Virus record (IMG/VR): IMGVR_UViG_3300018475_000125 | Reading direction: 5' to 3' (one strand) | DNA: 64,000 bases | From: a virus | The notes under the pieces: model-generated | Database searches by the model: none | What the model saw: the letters and a program-made list of their open reading frames with translations, nothing else | What the model was told of the DNA's origin: nothing | Part shown: piece by piece, positions 45,367 through 55,851 of the stretch | Numbering within the stretch: the first letter of the stretch is position 1 | Layout: every line of letters begins with the position of its first letter | Translations under genes and position numbers: made by a program

Positions 45367-47224
45367 TTCCGGCAATCTCCGCTCTAAGGTCCTTGGTATT
45401 GGCGATAACGACACGTATTGAATTATCCTCTGCCTGGAATTTAGCCACCAGGTCGCGAATACCTGAGCCCAGCAGACTGGTTATCGCTTCGGCAGTCCCG
45501 GGGGCTGTCTCTACTGCAGGGACCACGGGTGAGTTTTTCTCTGACGCAGGCGATGCCTCTGAAGGAGGTGTACCTGTAGATCCAGCAGAGGACTTGGGTG
45601 CTGCAGTTTCGGTACCCGATACCAGAGCAGGATCCGATGCCGACTCAGCTCTAGCTTTAACATGTTCTTTAGCTTCCGCGTTAGAAAGGGTCCGTATAGC
45701 CTTCAATAATGCCACGGCGGACTGTTTGTCTCCATTTGCCCACGTTTCCGCTAAAGCGGGAAGTTTTTCTGCGGTAAGGGACGAGAGCTCGGTAAAAAGT
45801 GCAGCTTCAACCTCTCCACGGGACAGATTATTGGTCGAAATGCCCAGATCACTGGCGAGATTTTTGACCTGCTTATCACTAAGGTTCTCCGGATCTGTTA
45901 CCCCGAACAGGAGCTGCAGCATTTCTTTGGAGCTCTTCTGGATACTGGCACCGAAGAGAATCGTCTGCAAGCCTGCTTGTGTATTCGTTTCAGCAAGTAA
46001 GCCTTGAATCTGTTTTTCGTTCAGCCCATAACCTTTTCCTTTTAGCAGATTGGCTGCAAACGTGAGGATCCCTCCCTCGGCATCTAATGCGGCCTGCAAG
46101 GTACTATTCTCCGGGAGCGGCAGGATTCTGCTCAGGTGCGCCTCCATCGCGATCCGCCGACTGGCTGCGTCATCAAGAGCACGGGTGTAGTCGAAAGATT
46201 CCAGCGTCATGTTTGCCAGCCCTGTAACTGCCCGCATGCCTTGTTCCACACCGATCGCATTGACTACCAGCTGATCACCTTCAAGTGCATCTATCACGTC
46301 GTTCTGACCTGCGTTTTGCAGCCGTGTGCGCTCCCGAGGGGTGAGTTCCCGTTTGTTAGAAAGCAGCTCTTTAATATCCTGAGAGGTAAAGCCAGTGCTT
46401 ATGAGTGCGGTGGCGGCATCGATCGCGGCAGTCTTCTGATCTTTGGAAACTCTGCCTTCCAGAGCTTTTTCCCATTCGTAACGGGCAGCGTCTCCTGTCA
46501 TATTTTCGAGTACATTCCACTGGTTGGAGGTGCGGTGTGCCGTCATAGCGGCAGCCTGACTATCCGCGGCGGACAGACTATTACGAATAGCCTGCTGCCC
46601 CCCGCGAGTGAAGTGGGAATCAAAGGATTCAGAGCTATACCCTGCATTCATCCAGCGGTCTCGCAGCGTTTCCCGCTCGGCAATAAGCTGGTAGTCGTCC
46701 TTTGTACCTTGTCCGGAGCGGATACGTTTTGCGGTCTCTGCGAGACCGAGTTTCTGGAGTGTGGCTTCGTCCTGACTTAGGATCCAGGCGGCGTTTTCCA
46801 TATAGTCCGAGGCAAAGATCCTGGAAGCGACTTGTGCGGACTGTGCCATACTGCGATTTGGATCGAAATCCGTGGAACTTCCGGAGTGCATATTACTGTA
46901 GTGCAGCATTTGAGCAAATTCCGTAGCCCTTCCAATTTCTTCGGAGGACACGCCCAGCTTTTGCAGCTGCTGTCCTACTGCCTGTGCTATGGAGACAGTG
47001 CGTTCCAGCGTTATATCATTAGCCTGCGTCCAGCGTATGTTCCTGCTGGCTTGTTCTGCTGCATTTTCAGCATTCAAATTCGTGCTTCCAAGCAGTTGTG
47101 CGAACTGTTGCGCGGCTTCAAGTTCCTGACCAGGCTTGAAGAATTTATCGAAGTCCGACAACCCTTGTGCAGCTGTCTGGATGGCACTTAAATCCCGAAG
47201 CCGTTCAGCGACATCTGTTTCCAA
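45359..47224 (-). CDS. long alpha-helical virion protein (621 aa; tape-measure/internal-protein-like)
   Basis: Predominantly helical, Ala/Leu/Glu/Gln-rich. Ser/Pro/Thr-rich low-complexity segment near the C-terminus. Confidence 0.35.
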   Translation of the reverse strand: METDVAERLRDLSAIQTAAQGLSDFDKFFKPGQELEAAQQFAQLLGSTNLNAENAAEQASRNIRWTQANDITLERTVSIAQAVGQQLQKLGVSSEEIGRATEFAQMLHYSNMHSGSSTDFDPNRSMAQSAQVASRIFASDYMENAAWILSQDEATLQKLGLAETAKRIRSGQGTKDDYQLIAERETLRDRWMNAGYSSESFDSHFTRGGQQAIRNSLSAADSQAAAMTAHRTSNQWNVLENMTGDAARYEWEKALEGRVSKDQKTAAIDAATALISTGFTSQDIKELLSNKRELTPRERTRLQNAGQNDVIDALEGDQLVVNAIGVEQGMRAVTGLANMTLESFDYTRALDDAASRRIAMEAHLSRILPLPENSTLQAALDAEGGILTFAANLLKGKGYGLNEKQIQGLLAETNTQAGLQTILFGASIQKSSKEMLQLLFGVTDPENLSDKQVKNLASDLGISTNNLSRGEVEAALFTELSSLTAEKLPALAETWANGDKQSAVALLKAIRTLSNAEAKEHVKARAESASDPALVSGTETAAPKSSAGSTGTPPSEASPASEKNSPVVPAVETAPGTAEAITSLLGSGIRDLVAKFQAEDNSIRVVIANTKDLRAEIAGNV

Positions 47225-49446
47225 CGCAGCACCGCCTGCAAATGCAATAATTTTCTGAGCTGCATGCTTTCTAGCCCGCTCTGCTGCGGATGTGCCTGAC
47301 TCCTGGGCATACTGTCGTAGCAGCTGTACGGCGTCGGTATCTGATGGTGCCGGGTTATCTCGGATAGTAAGTCTCGTACTGCCTGCGCAGAGGCTTCTTT
47401 TGCGGATGTTACTTCGTTCTCCGCGATATTGGAAGACGTTCTTCCCTTATCTTCAGGCAAATTTTTCCATTCGTCCTCTGTGATGAGCTTTCCTTCTGCA
47501 TCGTAGTAACGCATAACGAAGTTCTCATCTTTGAGTGTACCGTCGTCGTTATATAGCTTATCACCATGAAAGTTGTTAGCATCCAGCATATCTGAAAGCA
47601 CTGCACTTTCGATCTGACGTGTGAACTGTTTTTTCTGCGCTTCAGAGAGCCGTTTGATCCCGCGAAGGACATCCGTATCTCCCCGAAGCACATAGCGGTC
47701 TGTCTGAAGTCCTGTGTTGCGCATAACCGTGAGGGCTTCTTGATAGTCTGCTGCTTTTGCCCACGCGTTTTCCCGGGTAGGTCCTGCGGCTGCCAGCTGT
47801 GCGAACTGTCCGAACATCAGCATGGCTTCAGTAGACAGGGAACCGTCTACCGCTGTATCATAAAGTCCTGCGTAGTCCCCGTGGGGTCCTACAAACAAAG
47901 AGGAAGCCATTTCGTCTATGTTTTGCAGGATCTGCTTGTATTCAGGCTTCGTGGCCGCGATCTGCGTCAGCATCTGCTGCCGCAGCGCCTTTGTCATAGG
48001 GCTGTTATAGATCTGAACGATTTGCCGGGCAGTGTCGTCATGCAGATCGATATTCAGTTTTTTTGCCAGCTGCTGGATATTACGCATTCCGGCTTGTGTC
48101 TGCCGTTCCGATACATCACCTAGGGCTTCTGCGCGGTTCCAGACGAGCATTCGATTCAAAATCTGCTCATCCAGGGCTGTACTGGTGTTGTATCTGGATT
48201 CCAGTGAAAAGAGTTCGCCGAAGGCATTTTTTACGTCACCTGCCATGCTGCCGAACCAGCTGCCTACACCGAGCAGGGTATCGTAGCCTGTGCCAAACGT
48301 ACTGTGCGCCGTATCTGCGATCCATTGCGCAGGCACACGTAAAAAGGAAGGCAGTGCGTCAATACCTGACTCTACTGCTGCTTTCGAGAAGTCTACTTTT
48401 TTATTGTTATCTTTTGCCCACTTATTCAGGTTGCCGATCAGTGTGCGGGCACCCTTCATCGGATCCTGAAGTGCTTCGGGAGTGTAGACGTCGGCCAGCT
48501 GATTCAGGAATTCTTCGTTTTTCATTCCATTCGTCTGCGCCAGTGTATGCAGACGAGTGAAAGTCTGACTTACATTGTCTCCGAAAAAAGCCATCGGGAT
48601 CGTATCCAGCAACAGCTGCGACGCATACTGTTTCTGATGCTTTGTTCGATAGTCGCCGTACTCCTTGTGGTTTAACCAGTCGCTATTCCCGTGCGTCAAC
48701 TCGGCTATCTGCTCATCGAGGTGCGGCACAATGGCAGCCAGAACACGAAGCGGATTGTCCGAAAGCTGAGAGGGCAGCATATTAACATCCACGCCTGCCC
48801 GTCGGACGGCCGTGAACAATAAGGACTCTGGCATAATTCCATCGGGTAGATCCTCAAGCTCGTCATTAAGCATTTCGAAAACCTGACGTGGCTGTTCGGG
48901 CAGCGACGACAGCAGGTTTTCTATTACGCGGGGCCGCCAGTCATTTATTACGTGGGACAACTGGTCCTTGATCTTAGATGCTTTGGCCTTAGCTTGAGCT
49001 ATGGTAGCCTCGAACGAGGCTGCAGACGTTGAAGGTTTATTATCGGGTTTTGTGTTCTCTGCCGAGGGGGCCGGCTCAACCGAGGGCTGTAACTTGTCAG
49101 AGGAAATAGACATATCCGCAGGAGAGCCGGCAGTATCGCCCTCCGGCATGCCCTGTACCGGCTCATCCGATACAGATAGATCAAGCTCATCACTGTCGGC
49201 ATTGCGCAAATCAACACCTTGCGCAGTGGCCTCCGCTTGGACAGTCGAGTCATCGAGTGCCTTTTGAATAGCAGTAACACCCCGGACGAGGTCCAGGGTA
49301 TCTTCATCACATTGCGACACTGCCTCTATAAACGCAGTAATTTCGTCCGGAGTGGCATCCCCGTTGTTAATCTTAACTGCCCGTTCATTAATCTGTGTCA
49401 GCGTCAGTTTTTGTGTGTCGTCCTGCTGTGCCATATACCTGTTCAT
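47188..49446 (-). CDS. long alpha-helical virion protein (752 aa; tape-measure-like)
   Basis: Helical composition, adjacent to another long helical gene. Confidence 0.35.
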   Translation of the reverse strand: MNRYMAQQDDTQKLTLTQINERAVKINNGDATPDEITAFIEAVSQCDEDTLDLVRGVTAIQKALDDSTVQAEATAQGVDLRNADSDELDLSVSDEPVQGMPEGDTAGSPADMSISSDKLQPSVEPAPSAENTKPDNKPSTSAASFEATIAQAKAKASKIKDQLSHVINDWRPRVIENLLSSLPEQPRQVFEMLNDELEDLPDGIMPESLLFTAVRRAGVDVNMLPSQLSDNPLRVLAAIVPHLDEQIAELTHGNSDWLNHKEYGDYRTKHQKQYASQLLLDTIPMAFFGDNVSQTFTRLHTLAQTNGMKNEEFLNQLADVYTPEALQDPMKGARTLIGNLNKWAKDNNKKVDFSKAAVESGIDALPSFLRVPAQWIADTAHSTFGTGYDTLLGVGSWFGSMAGDVKNAFGELFSLESRYNTSTALDEQILNRMLVWNRAEALGDVSERQTQAGMRNIQQLAKKLNIDLHDDTARQIVQIYNSPMTKALRQQMLTQIAATKPEYKQILQNIDEMASSLFVGPHGDYAGLYDTAVDGSLSTEAMLMFGQFAQLAAAGPTRENAWAKAADYQEALTVMRNTGLQTDRYVLRGDTDVLRGIKRLSEAQKKQFTRQIESAVLSDMLDANNFHGDKLYNDDGTLKDENFVMRYYDAEGKLITEDEWKNLPEDKGRTSSNIAENEVTSAKEASAQAVRDLLSEITRHHQIPTPYSCYDSMPRSQAHPQQSGLESMQLRKLLHLQAVLRWKQMSLNGFGI

Positions 49447-49759
49447 ACGCCTGTTTTAGACGTTCATAAGGGTTGTCGGTTTCTTCGTCTTCTATCTCCG
49501 GCAGGTGCAGCATTTTCAGCAGTAATGCTCGATTATGCCGCAGCCGCGCGTAGTTTTTCTTTCTGGAGTCTTCATCCGCCATTACCGTGGAAATAACACA
49601 GTGGAGTGCGGAATGCGCCGCTGCGGTTGCTTGATTCAGACGGTACAATTCCTCGATAATAAGTTTCAGCCTTGTAAAGTAATTCGGTCCGACTGCCGCG
49701 AAGTTGAACCTTCCGGTAGCCGCTGCCTGCAGGATCATGCCGAAGTCGGACCGTGCCAA
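49388..49759 (-). CDS. hypothetical protein (123 aa)
   Basis: ORF only. Overlaps its neighbours. Confidence 0.3.
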   Translation of the reverse strand: MARSDFGMILQAAATGRFNFAAVGPNYFTRLKLIIEELYRLNQATAAAHSALHCVISTVMADEDSRKKNYARLRHNRALLLKMLHLPEIEDEETDNPYERLKQAYEQVYGTAGRHTKTDADTD

Positions 49760-50793
49760 AAATCCTTATCATACAACTCCTGCTGCAGACGGATGAGCAG
49801 CCGGTTAAACTCCTTCCAGTGTTCTATAAGCTCCTGCTGAAGCTCTACAGAGGTGATCATTCGGTTGTACCACTTCTCCATGAAATATTCCAGCCTCGTA
49901 TGTGTTGTATCCGGGTTGAACTCGAAACTCCATACTGACGGAACTACAGGGGCGGTCAACTGAACTTCTGGTGCGTATTGGATCGCTTTCAGCGAGAGAG
50001 CAGTGTGATACTGATTAAACTTCCGGTTCGCGACAGGGATGATATTCAGTTTCTGTTCCTGCTGCTCCTTGGAAAAGAGCTCAATAAACAATTCCTCCTC
50101 TTCAGAAGACGAGGTCTTGAAAGTCACCTGGCACAGCCCGCCCCAGCAGGAATAGGTTTTGGTGAATGCAGGCCCGCCAAGAACATAAACAAGGTACGCT
50201 CTCTGATCACTGAGGTCCAGTTCCGCAGGTGTATACTCCTGACTCAGGTTCCATTTGCAGCAGGGGCATACTGCGGGAGGCAGTTGTGCGTTATTAATAG
50301 CAAGAGGTGAGGGCTTTGGTTCTTCCAGTTCTTCCAGTTCTTCCTCTAATTCTTCCTCCGATGCTTCATCTTCCAGAATACGGGCTTCTGACTGGATCCG
50401 GTCTACTTCTGCCTGAATTGCGGCTTCTTTGATCTGACGCATTACTCCCTGGTCTTCATCAGTGATCCGGAACTGATCTCCGAGACTCTCTTCTGCGGCT
50501 GTCAGGGCATTTTCTTTCTCCTGGATCTTCCGCACGGCACTCTGTAGAGTCAGCAGTACTTCCGGGTGTTTCAGAGCCGCTCTTACACTGTCCGGACGGG
50601 ATGGGAGTCCCAATGTCTGAAACACTGCTCCGAAATATTCCGGAAGCTGCCCGGGAATAGCTCCGCCTTCTTTCCAGCCGACTTCTTTCAGGCTTTCACG
50701 TACCCATGCTCCGGCGGTTGCCCGCAGCGACACCGGCTTCTGTATGTCAAGGATCTTGTGAAGATTCAGCAAATCAGCATTCATACTTTCCAT
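49735..50793 (-). CDS. hypothetical protein with acidic EELEEELEELEE stretch (352 aa)
   Basis: ORF only. Confidence 0.4.
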   Translation of the reverse strand: MESMNADLLNLHKILDIQKPVSLRATAGAWVRESLKEVGWKEGGAIPGQLPEYFGAVFQTLGLPSRPDSVRAALKHPEVLLTLQSAVRKIQEKENALTAAEESLGDQFRITDEDQGVMRQIKEAAIQAEVDRIQSEARILEDEASEEELEEELEELEEPKPSPLAINNAQLPPAVCPCCKWNLSQEYTPAELDLSDQRAYLVYVLGGPAFTKTYSCWGGLCQVTFKTSSSEEEELFIELFSKEQQEQKLNIIPVANRKFNQYHTALSLKAIQYAPEVQLTAPVVPSVWSFEFNPDTTHTRLEYFMEKWYNRMITSVELQQELIEHWKEFNRLLIRLQQELYDKDFWHGPTSA

Positions 50794-50805
50794 AAATCAC
50801 TCCTG

Positions 50806-53421
50806 TTAAAGTACCTTCCAGGTATCTAAATTTTTGATCTCCGGCTTATTATACTGGGGATCCTTGTACTCCGCAACCGGCTCATTTCCAGACCATCTTT
50901 GCTTTGGTAGCCCTCTGGAAGTAAGATTGGAATCCTGAGTCACAAGGCACGGTTTTTCTTTGAGATACTTTTTACCCGGATAAGGATGTTCTCCTTTTCC
51001 AGAAGAGGTAGTTACTGTCGTTTCTGTCCATGTCTCTATACCGGAGCTGCAGATAAGCTGCCAGTTGTCTGCGTAGATGTAGAAAGATTCAGGAAGATCC
51101 AGTTCCTCGTCTGTTCGAAAACTGAAGCCGGCACCAGTCAGGACTTCGGAATATCCGGGACGCCCTTTGTCATAGAATTGGGATTGAACGATACCAGAGC
51201 GGTTTTTCTGCTGCGCTTGTACGTTTTCTGATTCAATACGGGTTTGCGCTTGTCGCAGCCGTGTATCAAACGCGGCAGCGGTCTCGTCCTTCAGCGGAGA
51301 AACGTAGATTTTGGTGACGGCGTCTTTCGTATACACGTGCGTGCCGGAATAGAATCCGCCTCCGGCGTCTACCTGCTTTTGAAAGGTACCGCTGCCGTTG
51401 CATAGGAGCTGTCCAGGCAGCGTGTGCTGATCTTTCAGGGATTCCTGCACCGCTTCTACACGCCCAGCTTCAAAATCGCCCCAGTTAAGCGCGTGCCGTG
51501 TCTTGATAAAATCCAGCTTCTCTGTACTTTGTGTAAAAAGTCTTCCGCGTCCGGCATCCAGCATCATCCCGCCGCCTTGCCCCTCGACCCCTGCTCTTGC
51601 GAAGACAGTATTCGCCAGCATAGAGAGAGTACCTTTTGCCGTTTTAATAACGACACCGCCGGTCTCGATTTGTTCTCCCGCGCTAGTGAAATCCATGGAT
51701 CCCCGCCCTTTACTTTCGATCACGACACCGGATCGGGAACCTTCATTACCTCCGAGAAGCTCCAGATTTTTTTCCGCTTTTATGCGAACAGAACCTTTTG
51801 TAGTTGTGAGGTCTGCGTGTTTTCGTGTCCTTAAATTTAAGTCGCGCCCGGACCATATCTGTGTGTCTTTCCCTGATCGGATCCAGATCCCGCCCGGTGC
51901 GGAGATGGTTATCTGCCCTCCGGACATCCGTAATTCTGAACCATATCCATCTTGAAGCACGACCCCTCCATCCGGAAGGAGATGCAGCCCTGCCTCCGCC
52001 GGAGTATACTTCTGTTCTGTGTTTTCCAGCCGCGTAGACCAGTCCGCAGGGTAGTCAATCAGCTGGCGAGAGTGCAGTTCTTTTATTTTTTTGGACAGAT
52101 CCCAGACTGGCGTATCCTTTATTACATCCCGTATCTCCGGTACATACCACTCTTTTCGATGGAAAAGAAGGGGTGCGACAAGTTTATAGTTCAGGGTGTA
52201 GGCTGCATAATCCCGAATCCCCATCAGGCTCTGCATCAGCTTTGAAGTATCCGTCGCAGTAAAGTCCGGCTCGCCCTTAATCACTATCTGGGCATGTGTG
52301 AAGTCGTAATTGTCTCTGGTATCGCCTTTAAGTGGGTCTTCGGTAAGCTCGATTCGTTGTATAGAAGGAAGGACACCTCGCTTGGTAATCGAGATACCTT
52401 TGGACGACTCAATACTGAGGAAACCGTCACTGTGCTGAGCGATTCGGGAAAGTGCCTTTTGATCTGGTTCCTTTTTGCCATATTCCGCTACCTTACTATC
52501 CGCAGGCGGTGCCAGGATCCACGATTGTTTTCCCTGCCCCAGCCAGCCGCCAAGTTCTATAACGCGATGAAAAGGTTTCGCTTGCTGTACGACCGGCTCT
52601 GTGAATGAGCGGGCATCATTGTGCAGATCCATCCACTTCTCATTAAATTCAACAATATCAGAGGACGGTTTGTGGTAGTAGCCAAAAGATTCCCAGGGGT
52701 TTAAGCAGTGACCCGAGTATTCAATATATTCCCCATGATCGTTTAATTGTTCCTCATAGCTTCCAGAGGTAATTTTCTGATAGTTGATCCCGGCTATTCT
52801 GAGCAGGGAATCGTCGCGGAAGGCCCAGAGACCGGTTGCGTCATTCACAGACATCAAAGTCATGAAAGGATCCAGAAACAGTTTAGGCCCTGCGGGGGAG
52901 CCAACATAGAATTCACCTGCGTCGTACCTCTGCACCGGCATACCATGTGTCCAGCGCGGAAGATATGAATTGGGGTCCAGACTATAAAGCGACTTTTGGA
53001 AAGCCTCCTCACGCCGAAAGTTTTCAGAGTGCGTGATCAGAGTACGCAGATCCGCGTCGTTATATCGGGACCGTTCCCCGTATTTCCCCAGAATGACTGC
53101 ATCGAGCATATCTGTTTGACAGGCGAGCAATACCAGATCTCCAGGACAATACCCAGGCGAACATTGTACCATACCTCCGGTTGTCATGAGCGGATGCGCA
53201 ATACGAATACCATTTTGCGCAGTATTTACCTTGTAGATATTTTCACCCAGACATGCGTCTGCTATCGTTCCAATACACAAGATCATACCGTTGTTTCTGA
53301 AAGAAAATTCACGCATTCGACTTTGCCCGGCAGGATCCTTGGGAATATCCCCGGGCGGGAGCATCCCGGAAAGCTGCGTGAAGTTCTCGAAGCAATAGTT
53401 GGCAAATTCCTGTAGATTCAT
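50806..53421 (-). CDS. tail spike/fiber or baseplate spike protein with beta-helix repeats (871 aa)
   Basis: The C-terminal half has repetitive Gly-rich beta-helix-like units (SGGQITISAPGGIWIRSGKD, GSVRIKAEKNLELLGGNEGS, GVVIESKGRGSMDF, GGVVIKTAKGTL). ATGA overlap with the upstream gene. Confidence 0.45.
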   Translation of the reverse strand: MNLQEFANYCFENFTQLSGMLPPGDIPKDPAGQSRMREFSFRNNGMILCIGTIADACLGENIYKVNTAQNGIRIAHPLMTTGGMVQCSPGYCPGDLVLLACQTDMLDAVILGKYGERSRYNDADLRTLITHSENFRREEAFQKSLYSLDPNSYLPRWTHGMPVQRYDAGEFYVGSPAGPKLFLDPFMTLMSVNDATGLWAFRDDSLLRIAGINYQKITSGSYEEQLNDHGEYIEYSGHCLNPWESFGYYHKPSSDIVEFNEKWMDLHNDARSFTEPVVQQAKPFHRVIELGGWLGQGKQSWILAPPADSKVAEYGKKEPDQKALSRIAQHSDGFLSIESSKGISITKRGVLPSIQRIELTEDPLKGDTRDNYDFTHAQIVIKGEPDFTATDTSKLMQSLMGIRDYAAYTLNYKLVAPLLFHRKEWYVPEIRDVIKDTPVWDLSKKIKELHSRQLIDYPADWSTRLENTEQKYTPAEAGLHLLPDGGVVLQDGYGSELRMSGGQITISAPGGIWIRSGKDTQIWSGRDLNLRTRKHADLTTTKGSVRIKAEKNLELLGGNEGSRSGVVIESKGRGSMDFTSAGEQIETGGVVIKTAKGTLSMLANTVFARAGVEGQGGGMMLDAGRGRLFTQSTEKLDFIKTRHALNWGDFEAGRVEAVQESLKDQHTLPGQLLCNGSGTFQKQVDAGGGFYSGTHVYTKDAVTKIYVSPLKDETAAAFDTRLRQAQTRIESENVQAQQKNRSGIVQSQFYDKGRPGYSEVLTGAGFSFRTDEELDLPESFYIYADNWQLICSSGIETWTETTVTTSSGKGEHPYPGKKYLKEKPCLVTQDSNLTSRGLPKQRWSGNEPVAEYKDPQYNKPEIKNLDTWKVL

Positions 53422-53744
53422 CGCACACCTCCAAACACACAAAAGCCGTTCCAGGCCTCATTGTCCATATTCCAGACGCACTGGCTTTCTTCCGAGTCCG
53501 GAACCCGGAAGGTCAGCGTACTGCGAAGCGGTCCGCTGAAAGCGGAGGTCATGAAAGTGTAGAGCCGGAAGCCGTCACCTGTGTGTTTCTGGTGGAGCCA
53601 TACTTCCGGGTTTTCGAATTCCGGGTTCACGATAAAGAAACGGGCATCAAGGATCTCATCAGGTCTCAGGCCGGAAGCCTCCGGATTTTCCTGAAACGGA
53701 TAACTTCGATGACTGTTTGCGGTGTTCCAGTCTGAAATAGCCAT
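53418..53744 (-). CDS. small protein with N-terminal WNTANSHRSYP motif (108 aa)
   Basis: RBS AAGGAGAATT. The N-terminus is paralogous to the start of gene 29265..30254. Confidence 0.4.
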   Translation of the reverse strand: MAISDWNTANSHRSYPFQENPEASGLRPDEILDARFFIVNPEFENPEVWLHQKHTGDGFRLYTFMTSAFSGPLRSTLTFRVPDSEESQCVWNMDNEAWNGFCVFGGVR

Positions 53745-53826
53745 AATTCTCCTTTTGCTGCGGATAAAAGTTTCAGGTATACTACGGGAAATGTAACACA
53801 CAGCTACCTTTTTGACAAGGATATGA

Positions 53827-54543
53827 ATGATGCCTTATAACTACAGAAACTTGAATCAATGGTATCAGCCGATGGCTTATCGCGGTTATAAGCAGGCAGC
53901 GTCTGCTCCCATGCCTATGGATCCGGCCATGATGGGCGGTGCTCCGCCTATGGATCCGGCGATGATGGGCGGTGCTCCACCTATGGACCCCGCCATGATG
54001 GGTGGTGCTCCGCCTATGGATCCTGCCATGATGGGCGGTGCTCCGCCTATGGATCCGGCGATGATGGGCGGTGCCCCTCCGATGGATCCGGCTGCCGCGA
54101 TGGGACTTCCGCCGTCCGCTCCGCCTCCGGGAGGAGATCCGGCTGCCGCGGGAGGAGATCCTGCCGCCGCGGATGCCGGCGGGAAGAAGAGTAAAAAGCA
54201 GCAGAGTGATGAAACGATGCAGCAGATCCTCACCGCCCTGTACAACATGCAGGTCCAGCTGGCTGTGTTGATGAAAGCCGTTGGTGCAGAGATCCCGCCG
54301 GAAGTTCTGATCATGCCTCCGGGTGCCGGCGGTCCGGACATCTCGCAGCCGATTCCGAAGATGGTGGACCTTGGAGGCGGCGGAGAAGCGGCTCCGGAAG
54401 CGGCTGCCGAAGGTGCTCCTCCAGTCGTGGAACCGGGCGGCGAACCGCAGATCGGTGGTGAAATGCCCAAGACAGGAAGCCTGAAAGATATTCTCTTCAG
54501 ACGTGATTCTTTACGGGATATTCTGTTCTCTTACGGCTACTAA
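53827..54543 (+). CDS. low-complexity repeat protein (6x MDPAMMGGAPP)
   Basis: 33-nt tandem DNA repeat encoding MDPAMMGGAPP six times. Gly/Pro/Ala-rich throughout. Confidence 0.45.
   Translation: MMPYNYRNLNQWYQPMAYRGYKQAASAPMPMDPAMMGGAPPMDPAMMGGAPPMDPAMMGGAPPMDPAMMGGAPPMDPAMMGGAPPMDPAAAMGLPPSAPPPGGDPAAAGGDPAAADAGGKKSKKQQSDETMQQILTALYNMQVQLAVLMKAVGAEIPPEVLIMPPGAGGPDISQPIPKMVDLGGGGEAAPEAAAEGAPPVVEPGGEPQIGGEMPKTGSLKDILFRRDSLRDILFSYGY
53917..54115 (+). repeat. 33-nt tandem repeat, 6 copies
   Basis: atggatccggccatgatgggcggtgctccgcct repeated with few substitutions. Confidence 0.85.
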
Positions 54544-54585
54544 GAAAAAAAGGGCGGTCTTCTGTGACCGCCCGGTCTTTTATAG
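54544..54585. terminator. bidirectional terminator between convergent genes
   Basis: A7, then GGGCGGTC ttctgt GACCGCCC, then a T-rich tract. Confidence 0.65.
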
Positions 54586-54589
54586 CTTT

Positions 54590-55333
54590 CTAAAATGGCT
54601 CTGTTGTACCGCATAGACCTGCGGCCGCGAGCCATCGATCGATCTCTACTTCCGTTAGCCGTGAAGACACGGGCTCAGGGTACAGATGGTTATTTCGTCC
54701 GCATGAATCCGCCCAGCACAGATCCCGAATGAACACGAGCGCCATTGGGTCACAGACGCTGCCGGACAGTACATACGAAGCCCACATGCGGACCTCTTTT
54801 TGGGAGGTCCCGCTCAGTGCGCTCCAACGCTGCCGTATTGGACGGCTGTTTTGGAAATATTCCTGAAGCGTTTCCGGCGGAACAAGCTCCTTCAACCCGG
54901 CTTCCGGATCCTGAAGCCAGTCCTCTGGAAGCTGAAACATAGCCCGAAGGTATTCAGCTGCGAAAGACAGGGGCAATTCCTCGTTGTCCTGATATTTCCG
55001 CAGAAACCGTTGACCAAGCAAAAAACCTGTCAGATCCAGAATCGGAAGTCCTCGGGCTCGGTCGAGCAGTGCTTGAAGATTACGGACTTTTTCTTCTTTG
55101 AACGCAGCCCGCAGTCGGGTCGGCTCCGGGAGGATGAGCCCAGCGGAGGAGGCAAGCGGTTGACGCAGCCAGGATCTACATTGCTTCACTTCACAGGACC
55201 ACCGCTTCTGCCCTTCCAGCGTATACTCCTCTTCCGGATACGGGCGATACAGCTCCCTCAGAAAACCGGACGCCATCTGCAGTGCAATAGATGTAAACGT
55301 ATCCCGATCCAGATCGTTAGTCCTGGAACACAT
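54590..55333 (-). CDS. hypothetical protein (247 aa)
   Basis: ORF only. Confidence 0.4.
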   Translation of the reverse strand: MCSRTNDLDRDTFTSIALQMASGFLRELYRPYPEEEYTLEGQKRWSCEVKQCRSWLRQPLASSAGLILPEPTRLRAAFKEEKVRNLQALLDRARGLPILDLTGFLLGQRFLRKYQDNEELPLSFAAEYLRAMFQLPEDWLQDPEAGLKELVPPETLQEYFQNSRPIRQRWSALSGTSQKEVRMWASYVLSGSVCDPMALVFIRDLCWADSCGRNNHLYPEPVSSRLTEVEIDRWLAAAGLCGTTEPF

Positions 55334-55434
55334 AATTAACTCCTTTTGTTCTTTCTCCCCTCTCTACTCAAGAAACAGAGATTCCCGTCCGATAGACTGA
55401 ATAGCTAAAACTGTACTTGAATGAAAGGGATTAT

Positions 55435-55851
55435 ATGGGTTCATCTCTTAAGCGCGACGTTCGTTCGCTAAAATCGGTATTACGTGAAGTGTATAAAACT
55501 TCGTGCGGCACGGACCGGGCATTAGATCTTGCTGCTCTGACGACACGTCTACAAGTACTGGAAGGATACTCCGTGGAGGCAGTAGCGGAGACAGTGAGTC
55601 TGTTAATTTCCAGCGGATGTTTGGAGCACAAGCTCTATGGTATAAATACACCTGTGGCGGATGCGCCCGATGGAAAGGGGCATTTCTCCAGGGGTCACAG
55701 TATTCTTCGCTGTACCGAGCGGGGGTTGGTCTTGCTTGGCATATGCACGGATGCGCATATTAATCAACTCTGTGACGTTGAAACAGACCAGGAGGCTGTC
55801 CAGCAGATCCTTGTATGGACGCACAGGGAGGAAACAGAAAACCACAGCTAA
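55435..55851 (+). CDS. hypothetical protein (138 aa)
   Basis: ATG with RBS GAAAGGGATT. The ORF-track start is TTG. Confidence 0.35.
   Translation: MGSSLKRDVRSLKSVLREVYKTSCGTDRALDLAALTTRLQVLEGYSVEAVAETVSLLISSGCLEHKLYGINTPVADAPDGKGHFSRGHSILRCTERGLVLLGICTDAHINQLCDVETDQEAVQQILVWTHREETENHS

Noticed and set aside
49735-50793. EELEEELEELEE acidic repeat as a DNA-level tandem repeat feature
   Set aside because: Short and imperfect at the DNA level. More likely compositional.
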